Positions 46,445 to 60,800 of a DNA stretch of 64,000 bases are shown here, piece by piece (within the stretch, counting starts at the first letter, position 1; every line of letters begins with the position of its first letter). The stretch comes from Octopus vulgaris (lineage: Eukaryota), in contig OX597837.1 in assembly GCA_951406725.2 (NCBI GenBank), positions 25,110,001-25,174,000 on the forward strand, written 5' to 3'. The notes beneath the pieces were generated by a model that saw only the letters and a program-made list of their open reading frames with translations, searched no databases and had not been told where the DNA came from. The translations under genes and the position numbers were made by a program.

Positions 46445-47439
46445 TCAACTGAATGATTGTTAGGCATTGAGAAAACCTCTATGTGGTTTTACGAGCTTCT
46501 AGAAATAGCAGCAAAATTTTCTCAACTCACACCTACCCTCTTCAAAAAGGAAGGCAGAGTGTCTGTTTATCGCCTTCACACATCTTCTTACACTAATGAG
46601 GTCTACATGGATGACGTTTCTCTTGAATAGTTGGAAATGAAGGACTGCCGGAAAAAATGCGCACGGAAACAGGAGGAAATTCCATGGGATTGACGTTCTA
46701 GAAAGGACTGGGTGTGGTGTGGAAAGAAATGCAGAGTAGAGAGGGCCCAGCTGGAGACATAACGAGGCAACTGTGCAGAGCAGAGACCTTCACTCCTCAC
46801 TATAGTAGTGTTGAAGTCAGTATATCAATATACAAATGACAGGATGGTCATAGCTGGAATATCTTGGATCATAGGTCTTCTCTGGCTCTAAACAGTCATT
46901 TGACAGTGAAAGACCTATGGATTTGATCTGAGATTATATTTAGCCCCGAGTCAACCCAAACGAAGCAGGTCTATAATGAAAGGTGTTACAACCATCAACT
47001 ACCTGTTTTTTAGGACTTCATAGAACTCTGACGAATTCCTTATCAAACAGGGTGATTTCGTTGCTATTTCTAGCAAGTCAATTACTGGCTCAATCATGAT
47101 TAGTAAGGCACTAATAATGGTTTTAAATTTTAACACAAGGCTAGTAGTTTCAAGGAAAGGGTAAGTTGATTACACCAACTCCAGTTATCAACTGGTACTT
47201 ATTTTATCAACCCCAAGAGGATGATGGACAAAGTCGACCTTGGTGGAATTTGAACGCAGAACACAAAGACAAATGAAATGCCACTAAGCATTTTGCCCGG
47301 CACGCTGATGATTCTGCCAGTGAAGTTCAACTGAATGATTGTAAGGCATTGAAAAAGCCTCCATGTGGTTTTACGAGCTTCTAGAAATAACAGCAAAATT
47401 TTCTCAGCTCATACCCTACCCTCTTCAAAAAGGAAGGCA
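46445..47439 (+). repeat. Pair of ~112-bp direct repeats (46445-46556 and 47327-47439)
   Basis: Direct alignment with few mismatches. Confidence 0.85.
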
Positions 47440-48112
47440 CAAATAATAGAGGATATTTCCTTCATAGATGAGTATTTCCAATGATTTTACTCTCAAATCT
47501 TGTCTGCCCAAACTGGAGCTACATCACAAGATTAAGATGCTTTCAACTATGAACCGATAAATGAGGAAAACCAACTGAGAGGAAAATTTAACTTTCTTCA
47601 GTATAGATTTAGCTTTTGTGTTGCAGGAAGAAAATGCATGATACGAAGCTAAGGAATATGAAGCCGCACCGCTTCCATTAATCCAAATAGAGGAGATACT
47701 TCAATATTCCAGAAGCTCAAAGGAATGCAATACTCAGTTGTTTTAAGCAGTGTTACATTTTACTTTAGCCAATTTATATCAACACTAAATTTAGTGTTGA
47801 TGGCACTGCACATTTTTGTCACATTCTAGTGCTTAACTCTTAATGCCTATCAGCTAGAAATTGCAGTGGAATTCTGGTTTAACCCTTTGGTGTTCAAATT
47901 TCTCTATCAAATGTAATACTTTTTCACTCAAATTGTTTTGAATTAATCATGCATTATCTTATAGCTTTGAGGTTTCAATGATATGATTGTTTATTTTTAG
48001 AATGTCACTGTAGGATAGGTGTGAGAGGCTAGATATGGCCAGTTTGAATATAAAACATGTAGAATATTTGAGCCGGATATGGCCGGTTTAAACACTAAAG
48101 GGTTTAACACCC

Positions 48113-48278
48113 GAGTGGCTGTGTGGGATAAGTAGCTTGCTAACCAACCACATGGTTCCGGGTTCAGTCCCACTGCGTGGCATCTTGGGCAAGTGTCTTC
48201 TGCTATAGCCCTGGGCCGACCAATACCTTGTGAGTGGATTTGGTAGATGGAAACTGAAAGAAGCCTGTCGTATGTATG

Positions 48279-48319
<41 letters not shown>

Positions 48320-48510
48320 TTGTCCCCCTAGCATTGCTTGACAACCGATGCTGGTGTGTTTACATCCCCGTCACTTAGCGGTTCGGCTAAAGAGACCGAT
48401 AGAATAAGTACTGGGCTTACAAAGAATAAGTCCTGGGGTAGATTTGCTCGACTAAAGGCGGTGCTCCAGCATGGCCGCAGTAAATTGACTGAAACAAGTA
48501 AAAGAGTAAA
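48113..48510 (+). mobile_element. SINE family A copy
   Basis: Near full-length. Confidence 0.85.
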
Positions 48511-50714
48511 ATGATGAAATTATTGTATACAGTGCTCAGGTGCACCACAACTTATCAAAAGTGCGTATAAAGCATATGCAGTAATGTACAAATGTCTGGA
48601 AAGTGAACAGTGTATGAGTCAGATACATGTTTGCGTGTGTATGGAGGGGAGAAAATCAGGTGTAGTGTTGGCAAATCTCAGGAAGCATGGAAGTTTTGAA
48701 GGATGCAGTGCTCCGACAACTAACAACTGATGCCAGCAGTTTGTTCCATGCTTCAGCAACTCTTAGCATGATAAAATGTTTCCGAAAGTCATGGGAGCTG
48801 TGCTGTTTTCTGACTTTGCAAACATGTCCACGCGTGTTAGAAAGGTGCTCAGAGTTATTGTTTGTACCCCATTATAACTTCTTTATTTTTTTGAATTTTT
48901 GGAAATTTTTTTGCGAAATTATGTCTACACACAAGAATTCATACTATTATGCAAAACAAAAAGAAGTTTTTGTGATTTAAGGACTATTTAGCTGTTATTT
49001 TTAGCACATCTCTTGACCACCTTACCTTCTTTGTTTCTGGTTGTCACTGACATAAATTGAAGCTTTCCAATATTTTTCTCCCCCAAAATGGCCCGTTGCT
49101 GGGATCTAAGCCAAAAGTCTGAACTGCCCATATTTTAAAATCTGACTTTCCCTTGTATAGAACATGAATTTTCTGAAAATTCCAAACAATTAAAATGTTA
49201 TGAGGTGCTTAAAGCAAAGTTCCACCAAGGCTTCAACCACAGTTATGTAATAGAATAATCAGACTGAAGTCTGGAAACTTCAAAACTTTGGCACCAGGCT
49301 ATGAAAGCTGATATAGCCTCTGGCCTTGCCAATTCTTGTTAAGCTGTCCAACCCATGCCAAAAATGAAAACAGCTGTTAAATGTTTCGTTATACAATAAA
49401 AAAAATACTATAAAGTATATAAAACATTTTTGTAAGTCAATACCATCTTCTACTGTGTTAGCAGTGCTATCACATCACTTATCTATAGAAATTATAGCCA
49501 GCACTGAATGTATTATTCTTTTATTTGTTTCAGTCATCTGATTACGGCCATGCTGGAGCCCTGCCATTGGTTGAACAAATCAACCCCAGGACTTATTCTT
49601 TGTAAACCTACTACTTATTCTATCAGTCTCTTTTGCTGAACTGCTAAGTTACGGGGATGTGAACACACCAACATTGGTTATAAAGCAATGTTGGTGGTGG
49701 TATGACAAACATACACATATATATAAATGGGCTTCTTTCAGTTTATTTCTTTATTGCCCACAAGGGGCTAAACAGAGGAGACAAACGACAGACAAAGAGA
49801 TCAAGTCGATTACATCAACCCCATTGCATGACTAGTACTTAATTTATCAATCCTGAAAGGATGAAAGGCAAAGTCGACCTTGGTGGAATTTGAACTCAGA
49901 ACTTAACGGCAGACAAAATACCGCTAAGCATTTCGCCCAGTATGCTAATTTTTCTGCCAGCTCACCACCGTCTTCTTTCAGTTTCTGTCTACCACATCCC
50001 TTCACAAGGCTTTGGTTGCCCTGAAGCTATAGAAGACACTTGCCCAAGGTACCATGCAGTGGGACTGAACCTGATGCCTATTCCCATGGGATGGAGCAGC
50101 CACAAGCATTCCAATCATTTCCAGTTCAAAGAGGTGAGCCCTGTCCTATGCTCAGGTCAAGGTATAGAAGGCAACCCCTGATATCAGCAGTGGGGCCCAA
50201 TAGCATATGCTGGCTCTGTACTCCTTTGAGTAACATCAATTCAGTCATCCGTCCACAAACACTACCCAATATGTAAAATTGGTAAATCCAATAATGTCAT
50301 ACCACTATATTTAGTGGCTATTTAAGTAATGAGTTCATGGATGATTAATGGGTTGGATGGATGCTGATAAAGGACCAAAAGTTCCTGAATAATGCATTAC
50401 TCATTTTTTATCTTTGATGTTGTTCTTGTTGACATCAGGTGTCTGGGATATAAAATGTAATGAAAGCAGTGCTGACTATAATTTCTAGAAAATCTATTAC
50501 CCTAACTATAACAAGTGATCAACACTTTAGGAGTTTAGTTCCCAAATTTCCTTTTGTAGTAGGCATATGGCATACCAATTAGTCATGAAGCAGACTATTT
50601 GGGTAGGATAGGAAGGGCCAGGTTTCCTACATTCAAAATGTTAGTCATTAATCCTTTAGCATTCAGATTATTTTGTCAAATGTGATGCCTATTTATTCAG
50701 AGTGTTTTGAATTA

Positions 50715-51201
50715 CTGTAAATCCTCGAGTATAATCCGCATTTCTCCCCCAAAATCCAGTGTGTACTATATACGAGGTTAAAAATAAAAATTATTTTCTA
50801 AGCAATGTCTTAGTCTCTATTTGCTGTCCGGCAATGTTTATTCAGATGCATTTTGTGATGTTGGGCGCGAAACTACCTTAAGCTAAGCCTGAAAGCAATG
50901 AAGTCAAGAGAATAATCCATAACTTGCAGTAAGCAGCATTTATTAAACATTATTTCTTTATTTTTTGCAAACAAAATGCACAAAAAAGCTACACGTTTGC
51001 ATTATTTTATATATATACAATAATTATAAAGGACGTTACCGTATACATTTTTACAAACCAAGTACGTTATATAGACCTCCTTGACTCAAGTTAGAGAAGG
51101 GGTGCGTATTATACACAAGGTTTATGTTTTTCAGAGGTACAGCCACCTAAAAATCCCCTGTGTATTATACTCAAGGGCGGACTATACCCGAGGATTTACG
51201 G
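50715..51201. mobile_element. Tc1/pogo-type MITE nested in a piggyBac MITE
   Basis: TIR CYGTAAATCCTCGRGTATA, TA duplication; removing it restores the host consensus GAATTAATC. Confidence 0.85.
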
Positions 51202-51442
51202 TAATCTTGCATCATCTTATAGTTTCAAAATGTGATTGTATAAGCTTTTAGAATGACATTGTAAGGTAGGTGTGAGAGTCCAGATCTGGCCAGTTTGAAC
51301 ATAAAACAGGTAGAATATTTAGGGTGGATATGGCTAGTTTGAATGCTAAAGAGTTAAACAGATAAGCCTATTGGATTGAAAAAAACAATAAAATAGACAA
51401 GACGAAATTTATTATCTATACACTAATAAAGAAAAAAAGTAT

Positions 51443-51448
51443 TTTATT
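51443..51448 (-). terminator. Candidate CDK1 polyadenylation signal AATAAA
   Basis: About 310 nt after the stop, followed by a T-rich tract. Confidence 0.45.
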
Positions 51449-51756
51449 CCAAAACAATGAGTATATTACATAAATGTTAGGATATCTCAAGTTTGTAACC
51501 ATTTCAAGACAAGTTGACGGAGGGTCTCCCATCAAAATATAACTACAATCACCTCAGTAACAAGCTCAAATGGTTTTACGTGGTGCCAAAGAAATGAACA
51601 TGGAGAAGACAGAAAGAGAACTTTCACAAGAAAGAAATGAGCAAACAGTCAGTCACATACATCAATCACATTCATTACCAAAACAGACAATCTCTTTGGC
51701 ATCTGTACAATAGTTTATCACAAATCAAAGTCAGTTAACTGGAATATGGAAGCCAT

Positions 51757-51855
51757 CTAGAGTACAGGAGAGAGGCTTTCTAAGTCATTGAAGTAGCTGT
51801 GGTTTATTGCAGTTTTGGCAGCCACTCTCTTATGGGGGTCGTAAGTCAACATTTT
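51757..51855 (-). CDS. CDK1: CDK1 terminal coding exon ([32 protein letters not shown])
   Basis: tccag acceptor, TAG at 51759-51757. Confidence 0.93.
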   Translation of the reverse strand, partial: KMLTYDPHKRVAAKTAINHSYFNDLESLSPVL

Positions 51856-54800
51856 CTGGAATTAGAGAAGGAACAACATTAATGATTAGTCACAGAAAGG
51901 AGTAATTGCAAATCAAGAGATGACGACAACAACAAAAATGATGATGTCAGATTTAAACAAAACACATCAAATAGAAGTTTCTAAGTCAAAAGTAACCCTT
52001 AAGCAAAAGGGATTTTTGCACCAAGGTTTAAAATTCAATACAGTAAAAGAAATTAGCACAAATAAGGAACTGTAGTTGCCTTATCATTGCAATGGTGGAG
52101 ACAATGGTAAATATCAGGTAAGATAGAGAAAGAAAGAAAAGAGATGAAAGTTGTTACAAACAACATCATAATCACCATTTACCATTTTATCTTATGCTTT
52201 TTTTAATATTTCATTTCTCTATCTTTCTCCACCACTACTACTAAAACTACTAACTGTTTCTTATTCTATTAGAGTTACTTCTCTTAGCACAACACAAAAG
52301 ACAGGTAGGTAGATTACATACATACATACATACATATATATATAGTCCAAATTTACAGAAAACAAAAGATGAAGACAGGTGTATTAGTTTAACACCCGGG
52401 AAGAATGGAAAAGCCTTTTACATTTCAAGCCCAAGATCTATATATATATACACACACACATAAAATTAGAAAAAAACCACCTTTTATCAATTCAAAATGA
52501 ACAATTAAATTACACCATCTAGAAAATTATATATAATAGAAATATTAAAATTAAAATAACAATTGCAAAAAAAAAATAAAAACGTATATAATTGTTATTT
52601 TACCAATTATATACGTTTTTATCATTTTTTTTGCAATTTACTTAATTATTGATATTTTATTGTTATTTCAATATTTCTATCATATGTAATTTTCTAGATG
52701 GTGTAATTTAATTGTTCATTTTGAATTGATAAAAGTTGTTCTTTTTCTAATTTTTATATATATATTATATTGTGTGAAATTTGATTTAGCATTTCTAAAT
52801 TGAATTTTTTCCCCCTGTAAGTTTCAATTAATATTCCCTCAAATAATTATTATATATATATATAATAATAAATATTAGGGAATAAATCCAAATTTACAAG
52901 GAAAAATCAGATTTAAGATTGAATCCAATTTTATAGTAAAATATTATATTAAATCAAATTAGAGACAAAACCACTATTATGCAAATCAAACAAAGAAAGA
53001 CTTAAGCCAATACATAAAATAATTTATATAAATTAAGATTTAACATATGAATAACCACTACGATCGCTAAGGTTTTGAAACCACCTGAAGAATGTCTAAG
53101 ATGTGCTGACACGAAACGATCGTAGTGGTTATTCATATGTTAAATTTCAATTTATATAAATTTTTATGTATTGGCTTAAGTCTTTCTTTCTTTGATTTGC
53201 ATAATAGTGGTTTTGTCTCTAATTTGATTTAATATATAAATATATATATATACACACACACACATACGTACAGTGATACTTTAAGTTCACTGGTAGTGAG
53301 AAGCTTAACCTAGTTGGCCTGTCAGGGAAACTATCTCTATGGTGCAGTAAATATTTTGGTAGAAAAAGAGGTTCAATATATTACATGTATTACTTCATGT
53401 GTAGCCAAAGAAAGAACGGCAACTCTTGCTCTGTCACTGACTTTGATCAAATCTTAATCACGCAAAAAAAAAAAAAAAAATCTCATTTCACACTAACCTG
53501 TAACAAATCAAGACCAGCAGACTCCATGGCAACATCAGTTTTAAGAGATGTTTCCAGATTGTTGACTTTCCACTGTGGGAAAGATGCTTTGTAATCTGGG
53601 AAATTTGTTACTCCAGGCCAAGATTCTTCATTTGGGGTTGATAAAGTCCTGCATGATAAAAGAAAAAGCATGAACATCATATCTATTAAGTGCAGGTGTG
53701 GCTGTGTGGTAAGAAGCTTGCTCCCCTAACCACGTGGTTTTGGGATCAGTCCCAATGCATGGCATCTTGGGCAAGTGTTTTTTTTACTATAGCCTTGGTT
53801 GACCAAAACAATGTGAGTGGATTTGGTAGATGGAATGGAAACTGGAAGAAGCCCATCATATACAAGTGTGTGTGTGTGTCGGTGCTTGTCCCCCACCACT
53901 GCTTGACAACTGAAGTTGGTGTCTTTACATCTGTGTAACTTAGCAGTTCGGCAAAAGAGACCAATAGAACAAGTACCAGGCTTGAAAGAAAATAAATACT
54001 GGGGGTCAATTCATTTGAGTAAAAAATACTTCAAGGTGGTGCCCCAGCATGGCCATAGTCAAATGACTGAAACAAGTAAAAGATAAAAGCTTAAATTAAG
54101 CCTCAGGCTACAGCCTCGTTACAGCTATTGAAAATAAAGCTCGGTCCAGCTCTAAGGTTTGCCGCACTGTCCAGCTCATGCCGGTATGAAAGACAGGCAA
54201 ATGCTGATGATGGTGAATTGTTTGACTTACAAGACAGTCTCCACTTCACATTTGAATGCTTTGTTTTTACATTTTTTTTCCTATTCATTTCATGCAGACA
54301 TGACTTAGAGGAGACAATATTTGGATCTTTTCAGTTTGAACAGCAGTTTTCAACATAATTTCTAGGTAACTGAAAAATTTTAAGCTTCGTATACTGGTAG
54401 AATGTGGTTATAAGACATCTTTTTCTCTGGGCTTTATTGAAAAAATTCTATAGTTTGTAAGATATTTGGTCTTTAATTTCTTGCATTTCGGCAATTTCAA
54501 CCAATCAATGACCGTCTATTGAGGTGAAAACATTCTGTGCTGCATGAATATGTCCCTCGTTTAAGAAACAGATTGGGTTTATTTACATTTGTGAAGAAAA
54601 AAAGATACTCTTCCCTCCACACCTAACCCTAAAACAGATTGAAATGCAATAGATCGATACTAGGGTCATAATTATGGGTGACAATTTCATATGACACTGC
54701 TAGAAAAAAATGCCGTTCAAACCGAACAGATCCCAATACTCTATAGCCAGTTCCTGATACCAGGCATCGTGTATTTTCCAGATATTGTCTTTCTCCATTC

Positions 54801-57800
54801 TTTATGAGCAATGTCAATGTGACAGCACAGAAGAAATAAAAAAAAACACATTATAAATACATAACAGTTTACCATACTCTTTCTGTCTATCAAATTTTAC
54901 TTATAGAGCATTGGCCAACCTGAGATTATAGTTGCCCAAGGTGTCACAAAGTGAGATCAAACCTAAAACCACATGGTTGTAAACCAAATGTCTTAACCAA
55001 GCAACAATGCCTCTACCGAAGTATTATTTAGTGAAAATTCAAATTAAGCAATATTTAATGTTTACATAGCATGCAATACAATTCAACATGTTGAAGTGCA
55101 CAGTAATAGCTCTCAGCTTCTGAGGAACAGGTTAAAAGAAACAACAGATATGAGAGTGGCATCTAATTGTTTGGTTGTCTTTCTCTTACTCAAGGCAAAA
55201 GTAGCCACAATAATAACCAGGTTATCAATGAATATTTCAACATAACAACCAAAGTATTATCCAGTGAATTTGCACATTTGAAAATAAAATAATATCCAGT
55301 GTTACATAGCATGCTACACAATTCAACGTGTTGAAGCGTGAAGTAATAGCTCTCAGCTACAGACACAGCAGATCTGTGAGTGATATCTAGTTAGGTTGTC
55401 TTCCTCTTTCGTACTCAGGACTTAAGTAGTCACAATAATAACCAGGTTATCAATGAATATTTTAGCATGACAACCTTCTTGTACCGTTTATCACTTGACA
55501 GAGTTGGTGAGGAAATTTTAAGATCACATTCATGAACCAATACAATAAAAGGTTTTTAGGGTAAGAGGTAAATCAGCTAATGTTATCAATGATGTTGTAG
55601 GAAAAATGCTGCAAATATTTTAGAATGTGTACGTATGTCCCAGATGTTATGCTGTAAACAAAGCCAGTACTAAATGACTAAACCATTTCTACTACCTGTG
55701 CCAAATGCACAACCACTATACCATTCTTTAAAACAACATTTTCTCTCAGATGTAGCAATCACTCCAAACTGACCAAGGAATATCCAGCCATATAAACATT
55801 GCACTTGAGAATTCTACCTATGGACCAGTCAGGAGGACTGGTCCATTGTAAATTGTGATATATAAATCATCAAAACACGAGAAATACTTGATCCAATCTC
55901 AATAATCCAACCAACTGAAATATCAAGAACTCATAGAAACTTTGCTAGAATGAAAGTATGGACATATTTACAAAGTCAGAAAACAGCACAGCTCCCATGA
56001 CTTTAGGAAACATTTTTTCACGCTGAGAGTTGCTGAGGCATGGAACAAACTGCCGGCATCAGTTGTTAGTTGTCGGAGCACTGCATCCTTCGAAACTTCC
56101 ATGCTTCCTGAGATTCGCCAACACTACACCTGATTTTCTCCCCTCCATACACACACAAGCATGTATCTGACTCATACATTGTTCGCTTTCCAGACATTTC
56201 TACATTACTGCATGTACTTTATATGCACTTTCTGACAAGTTGTGGTGCACCTGAGCACTGTATACAATAATTTCATTATATATTATTATTGAGTGAAAGA
56301 GCAGCACAAATAATAATCATAATAATAATAATGATGATGATAATAATTATAAAAGGAGGAAAAGAGAAAAGTTACCTGAATATTCTGAATAACTGGTCAA
56401 TTTCAGAGTCACCGTTAAAAAGAGGTCGTTTTGTTACCATCTCAGCAAAGATACAACCAATACTCCAAATGTCTAAGGCTGTGGAATAGCGTTGATAACC
56501 AAGTAGGATTTCTGGGGCACGATACCATAAAGTAACAACCTAACAAAAAAAACAAAACAATTCAAATGCTTTTGTAGAATAAAGACAGACTTACTCTCTC
56601 AATACAAATGAGATAAAGCCATCATTAACTGTTTAGCATTTTAACCAGCCATATCCAACCCAAATACTCTACCTTAATTTATTTTAAAACTGGCCAGATT
56701 TGACTTCTCACATCTACCCTACACTGTTATTCTAAAAATCTTCATCAAAACCTCAACACTATAAGATAATGCATAATTTATTCAATAACAATGTGAATAA
56801 ATAAGCTTTACATTTGACAGAGTAACCCGAATGCAAAAGGGTTAATTAACTTTCTAGATAAAAGGTTGTGGTTGATATTTGAGCAGTTAACTGAATGAAA
56901 GATCTAATTCTTTGAATAAGAAAACCTTTTTGCTTGTTAGACTAACTCCATGAAATGTTAGTAATTAACATAAGCTTGATTCTTTGCATTTATTTGGTAG
57001 TAAAAGGTCAACAAAAATGCTATTAAAATCATCAATTTGCTGTTTTCAGCAAAACTTGAATAACTGTGATATTCACCTCTTTGGTCATCACAAGATTTGT
57101 TCATTATATACTTAAATACCTTACATCTGGGTGAAAAGAGAAACGTAGTGTTGTTCTGTATACGTATCCAGCACATTACACTGTCTGTCGTCCACCACTG
57201 TGCTGTATGTAACTATCTTAGGGCCACTGACGTTGCATATGCAAAAATTTTAGGCTAATAGATTTAATAATTTTAGGCAGAATGGTTCCTCACATTGGCT
57301 GAGGGAACCGACTCTGTAGCAGACAATCCATATTCAGCAGAGCAATCAGGAATTATGAGAAATGAAGAGCAGAGTGCACCATCCCATTTAGGAATTGAAA
57401 CCATGCCCTTATAATTGTGTGTCCAATAGCCCAATCACAGACTATGTACTTTCACATTAGACTGTTAATTAGCTCTAAATTCCTAGCTGCAACAACCAAA
57501 TTAATGAAACTGCTTCGCTTCACTTCAAGATGTTGCTTGATGAGGCTGTGGGCACCCCAGGTTAGTGGTCCCAGAGATGTCATCACACATAGAGCTGACC
57601 AGGTCCACCAGTGCTCTCCATTGCTGGAGTCCCATGCCAGCCCCTCTGCATCTTCCAAGGTGACGTTGAACATCTAGAGATCTCCAATCACATTCAGCCA
57701 TATGGTGTCGGGGCTGCCACGAGGCCCTTCCAGCCTGCAGCTGCTACACTGAATGGCAGGACGATCTAGCGGGAGATGGAGGACTTGTCCTTACCAATGC

Positions 57801-60800
57801 TTGTGACAGATAGCTTTGAAGGTGGTCATTGCAAGTTGATGTGTGTGTGCACACAGTTCTTTGTTGGAAACGTGATGGTACCATCTTGTGTTCTCATTGC
57901 TCTTTGTCTCATCATTGAAAGAATAAAACTTCCAGAAGATAATTTTCAACACAATAAAAATGTTAAAAAATAAATATGTAAAAAAACCAACTTACTTCAT
58001 GAGTGTAAGCACGGCAAGGAATACCAAATGCTCTGGCTAAACCAAAGTCAGCCAATTTAATAGTTCCAGATGTATCAATAAGTAAATTCTGAGGTTTCAG
58101 ATCACGATGAAGGAGTCGGCGCTGGTGACAGTAGAGAATTCCTTGCAGAATTTGATGAAGGTAACTCTGCAAACCAATAAGTTGAAATACAAATAATGAA
58201 AAATATTTAACATACTACAATCCTACCCTCCCAACTACTCTAATAACAATAATAATGGTTTCGAATTTTGGCACAAGGCCAGTAATTTTGGGAGAGTGGG
58301 GTAAGTTGATTACATCAACCCTAGTGCTCACCTGATACTTATTTTATTGACCCTGAAAAGGTAAAAGACAAAGTCAACCTCAGCAGAATTTGAACTCTGC
58401 CAGCCTGGCCATTACCAGCCTCGCCTGGCCCCCGTGCCGGTGGTACGTAAAAAGCACCATCCGATCGTGGCCATTTGCCAGCCTCGCCTGGCACCTGTGC
58501 CGGTGGCATGTAAAAAGCACCCACTACACTCACGGAGTGGTTGGCGTTAGGAAGGGCATCCAGCCGTAGAAACATTGCCAGATCAGACTGGGCCTGGTGC
58601 AGCCTCCTGGCTTCCCAGACCCCAGTTGAACCATCCAACCAATGCTAGCATGGAAAGCGGACGCTAAACGTTGATGATGATGATGATGATGAACATAAAG
58701 ATGGATGAAATGCCACTAAGCAATTTTTCCCCATGCTAACAATTCCCTCAGCTTGCCACTTTACTGGTATTTTAATTTTATTGACTACACTAGAGGGATG
58801 AAAGACAAAGTTGACCACGGCAGAATTTGAACTCTGAATATAACGAATCAGAAGAAATACTGTTAGTCATCTTGTCCGACAATGATTCTGCTAGCTCAAT
58901 GTCTTAATAATAATGGTTTCAAATTTTGGCACAAGGTCAAGAATTTTGGGGAAGGGGTAAGTCAATTACATCAACGTCCAGTGTTCAACTGGTACTTATT
59001 TTATTGACCCTGAAAGGATGAAAGGAAAAGTTAACCATGGCAGAATTTGAATGCCACCAAGCAATTTGCTTGGCACGCTAATGATTCTGCCAGCCATAAT
59101 AATAATAGCTACTAATATTTAAAAAAAACCCATGGTGCTCCTCCTACATGAATAACAGTGCTACATGTAACTGGATAAGATGCTATATTTTGGCGAGCTG
59201 GCAGAAACGTTAGCACGCCGGCCAAAATGTGTAGCCGTATTTCGTCTGCCGTTAAGTGTTCTGGGTTCAAAATCAGCCGAGGTCGACTTTGCCTTTCATC
59301 CTTTCGGGGTCAATAAATTAAGTACCAGTTACGCACTGGGGTCGATGTCTGTCCTTGTTTGTCCCCTCTACGTTTAGCCCCTTGTGGGTAGTAAAGAAAT
59401 ATATATTTTACTTCAGCCATAGGCAGGAATAAAAGGAACTCAGAAAACAACAAGTAATGGTGATGTAACAACATTTCCTTCAACACCTTAAACATACTAT
59501 GTAATTCAGGTCAACAACAAAAGTATATATTCTTTACTTATGGATATCACAAGTAAAACCTGCCCAGAACAAATGCTAAACCGCTTGGCAATCACAGGGT
59601 TATAGTTAGAACGATATGGTTAAATCATAAGTAAACACTTCGGCTCTTAAGATATTCTAACCATATACAAAGTACAATTGTACTCTACATTAGAGTACTA
59701 CTCCTTTATTTGAAACAGGTGCATCTGTTCATATGCAATCATTCTCTGTTCCTCATACCAATGACTTATTCTTCATTCTAACAGATGCTTTCTGTCACTT
59801 GTATAATCATTCCGGAAAGGAAGTATTTATGTAGAAAGTCTCAAATTACACATGGGGAAGGGGAACTAAGTACATTGTGTGGTTTTAGATGGAGACATAC
59901 TAGTTTGAAGAAGATACCGTTACAGAAAAGACAGCTTGCCAGTAAGTGATTATAGAATATTTACAAGGTCTAGCCATTGGTCAAATAAGCCATGTGTTGG
60001 ATGATTCAGTAGTTCGTCTAGTGTCTGTGATATACGAGGTGTATTCCAAGTGGAACATATTTGAGGGTTTGTATAATGCTCAATAACTATTCACAGTAGA
60101 ACTAGTTACTAGTCATAAAGAGACAGCAGCCTAGTTTTACTCATAACTGTTTTGTATATGTATTCATTATGGAAGGTCATGAGGGTTTAATATTTATGAA
60201 GAGAAATTTTAGCAGTAAGTTGCTTATGAAAAGGATAGCTGTAGTGGTTTGTTGGAATAGGTGAGAATGATGGCAATGAAGAGAATGATCTGCACAGGAG
60301 CAGATAGTTAGTGATAACAGTGAGCTGGTCTTTGATGTAGATTAGATATAGTGTGGGAGACGTAACAGAACGTTGAGGCAAGCCAAAAATGAATGTGGGA
60401 TCGAGAGGGTTCTATTTTGAATTATGAGATGGACATCATGTCCAGAATTAAAAAAAAGAAAAAACTTCTACTCAAACACTCTTATTTCAATCACAACAGT
60501 ATAAAGCCATCTTCAATAATGAAAGTCTGGAAAGTAGTTTATTCAAGACCTGGTGATTTGCTGTGAATCAAGCTAAGTGAATCGTGGTCATTGCCAGTGC
60601 CATGTAAAAGGCATCCGGTACACTCTGTAGAGTGGCTGGCACTAGGAAGAGCATCCAACCATAGAAACCAAGCTAAAACAGATGAGTGGAGCCCGGTGCA
60701 GCTCTCTGGTTTACCAACCCTTGTCAAACTGTCTAACCCATACCAGCTTGGAAAATGGACCTTAAAGGACGACGGTAACTGGAGTGCTGCCTGATATGTG

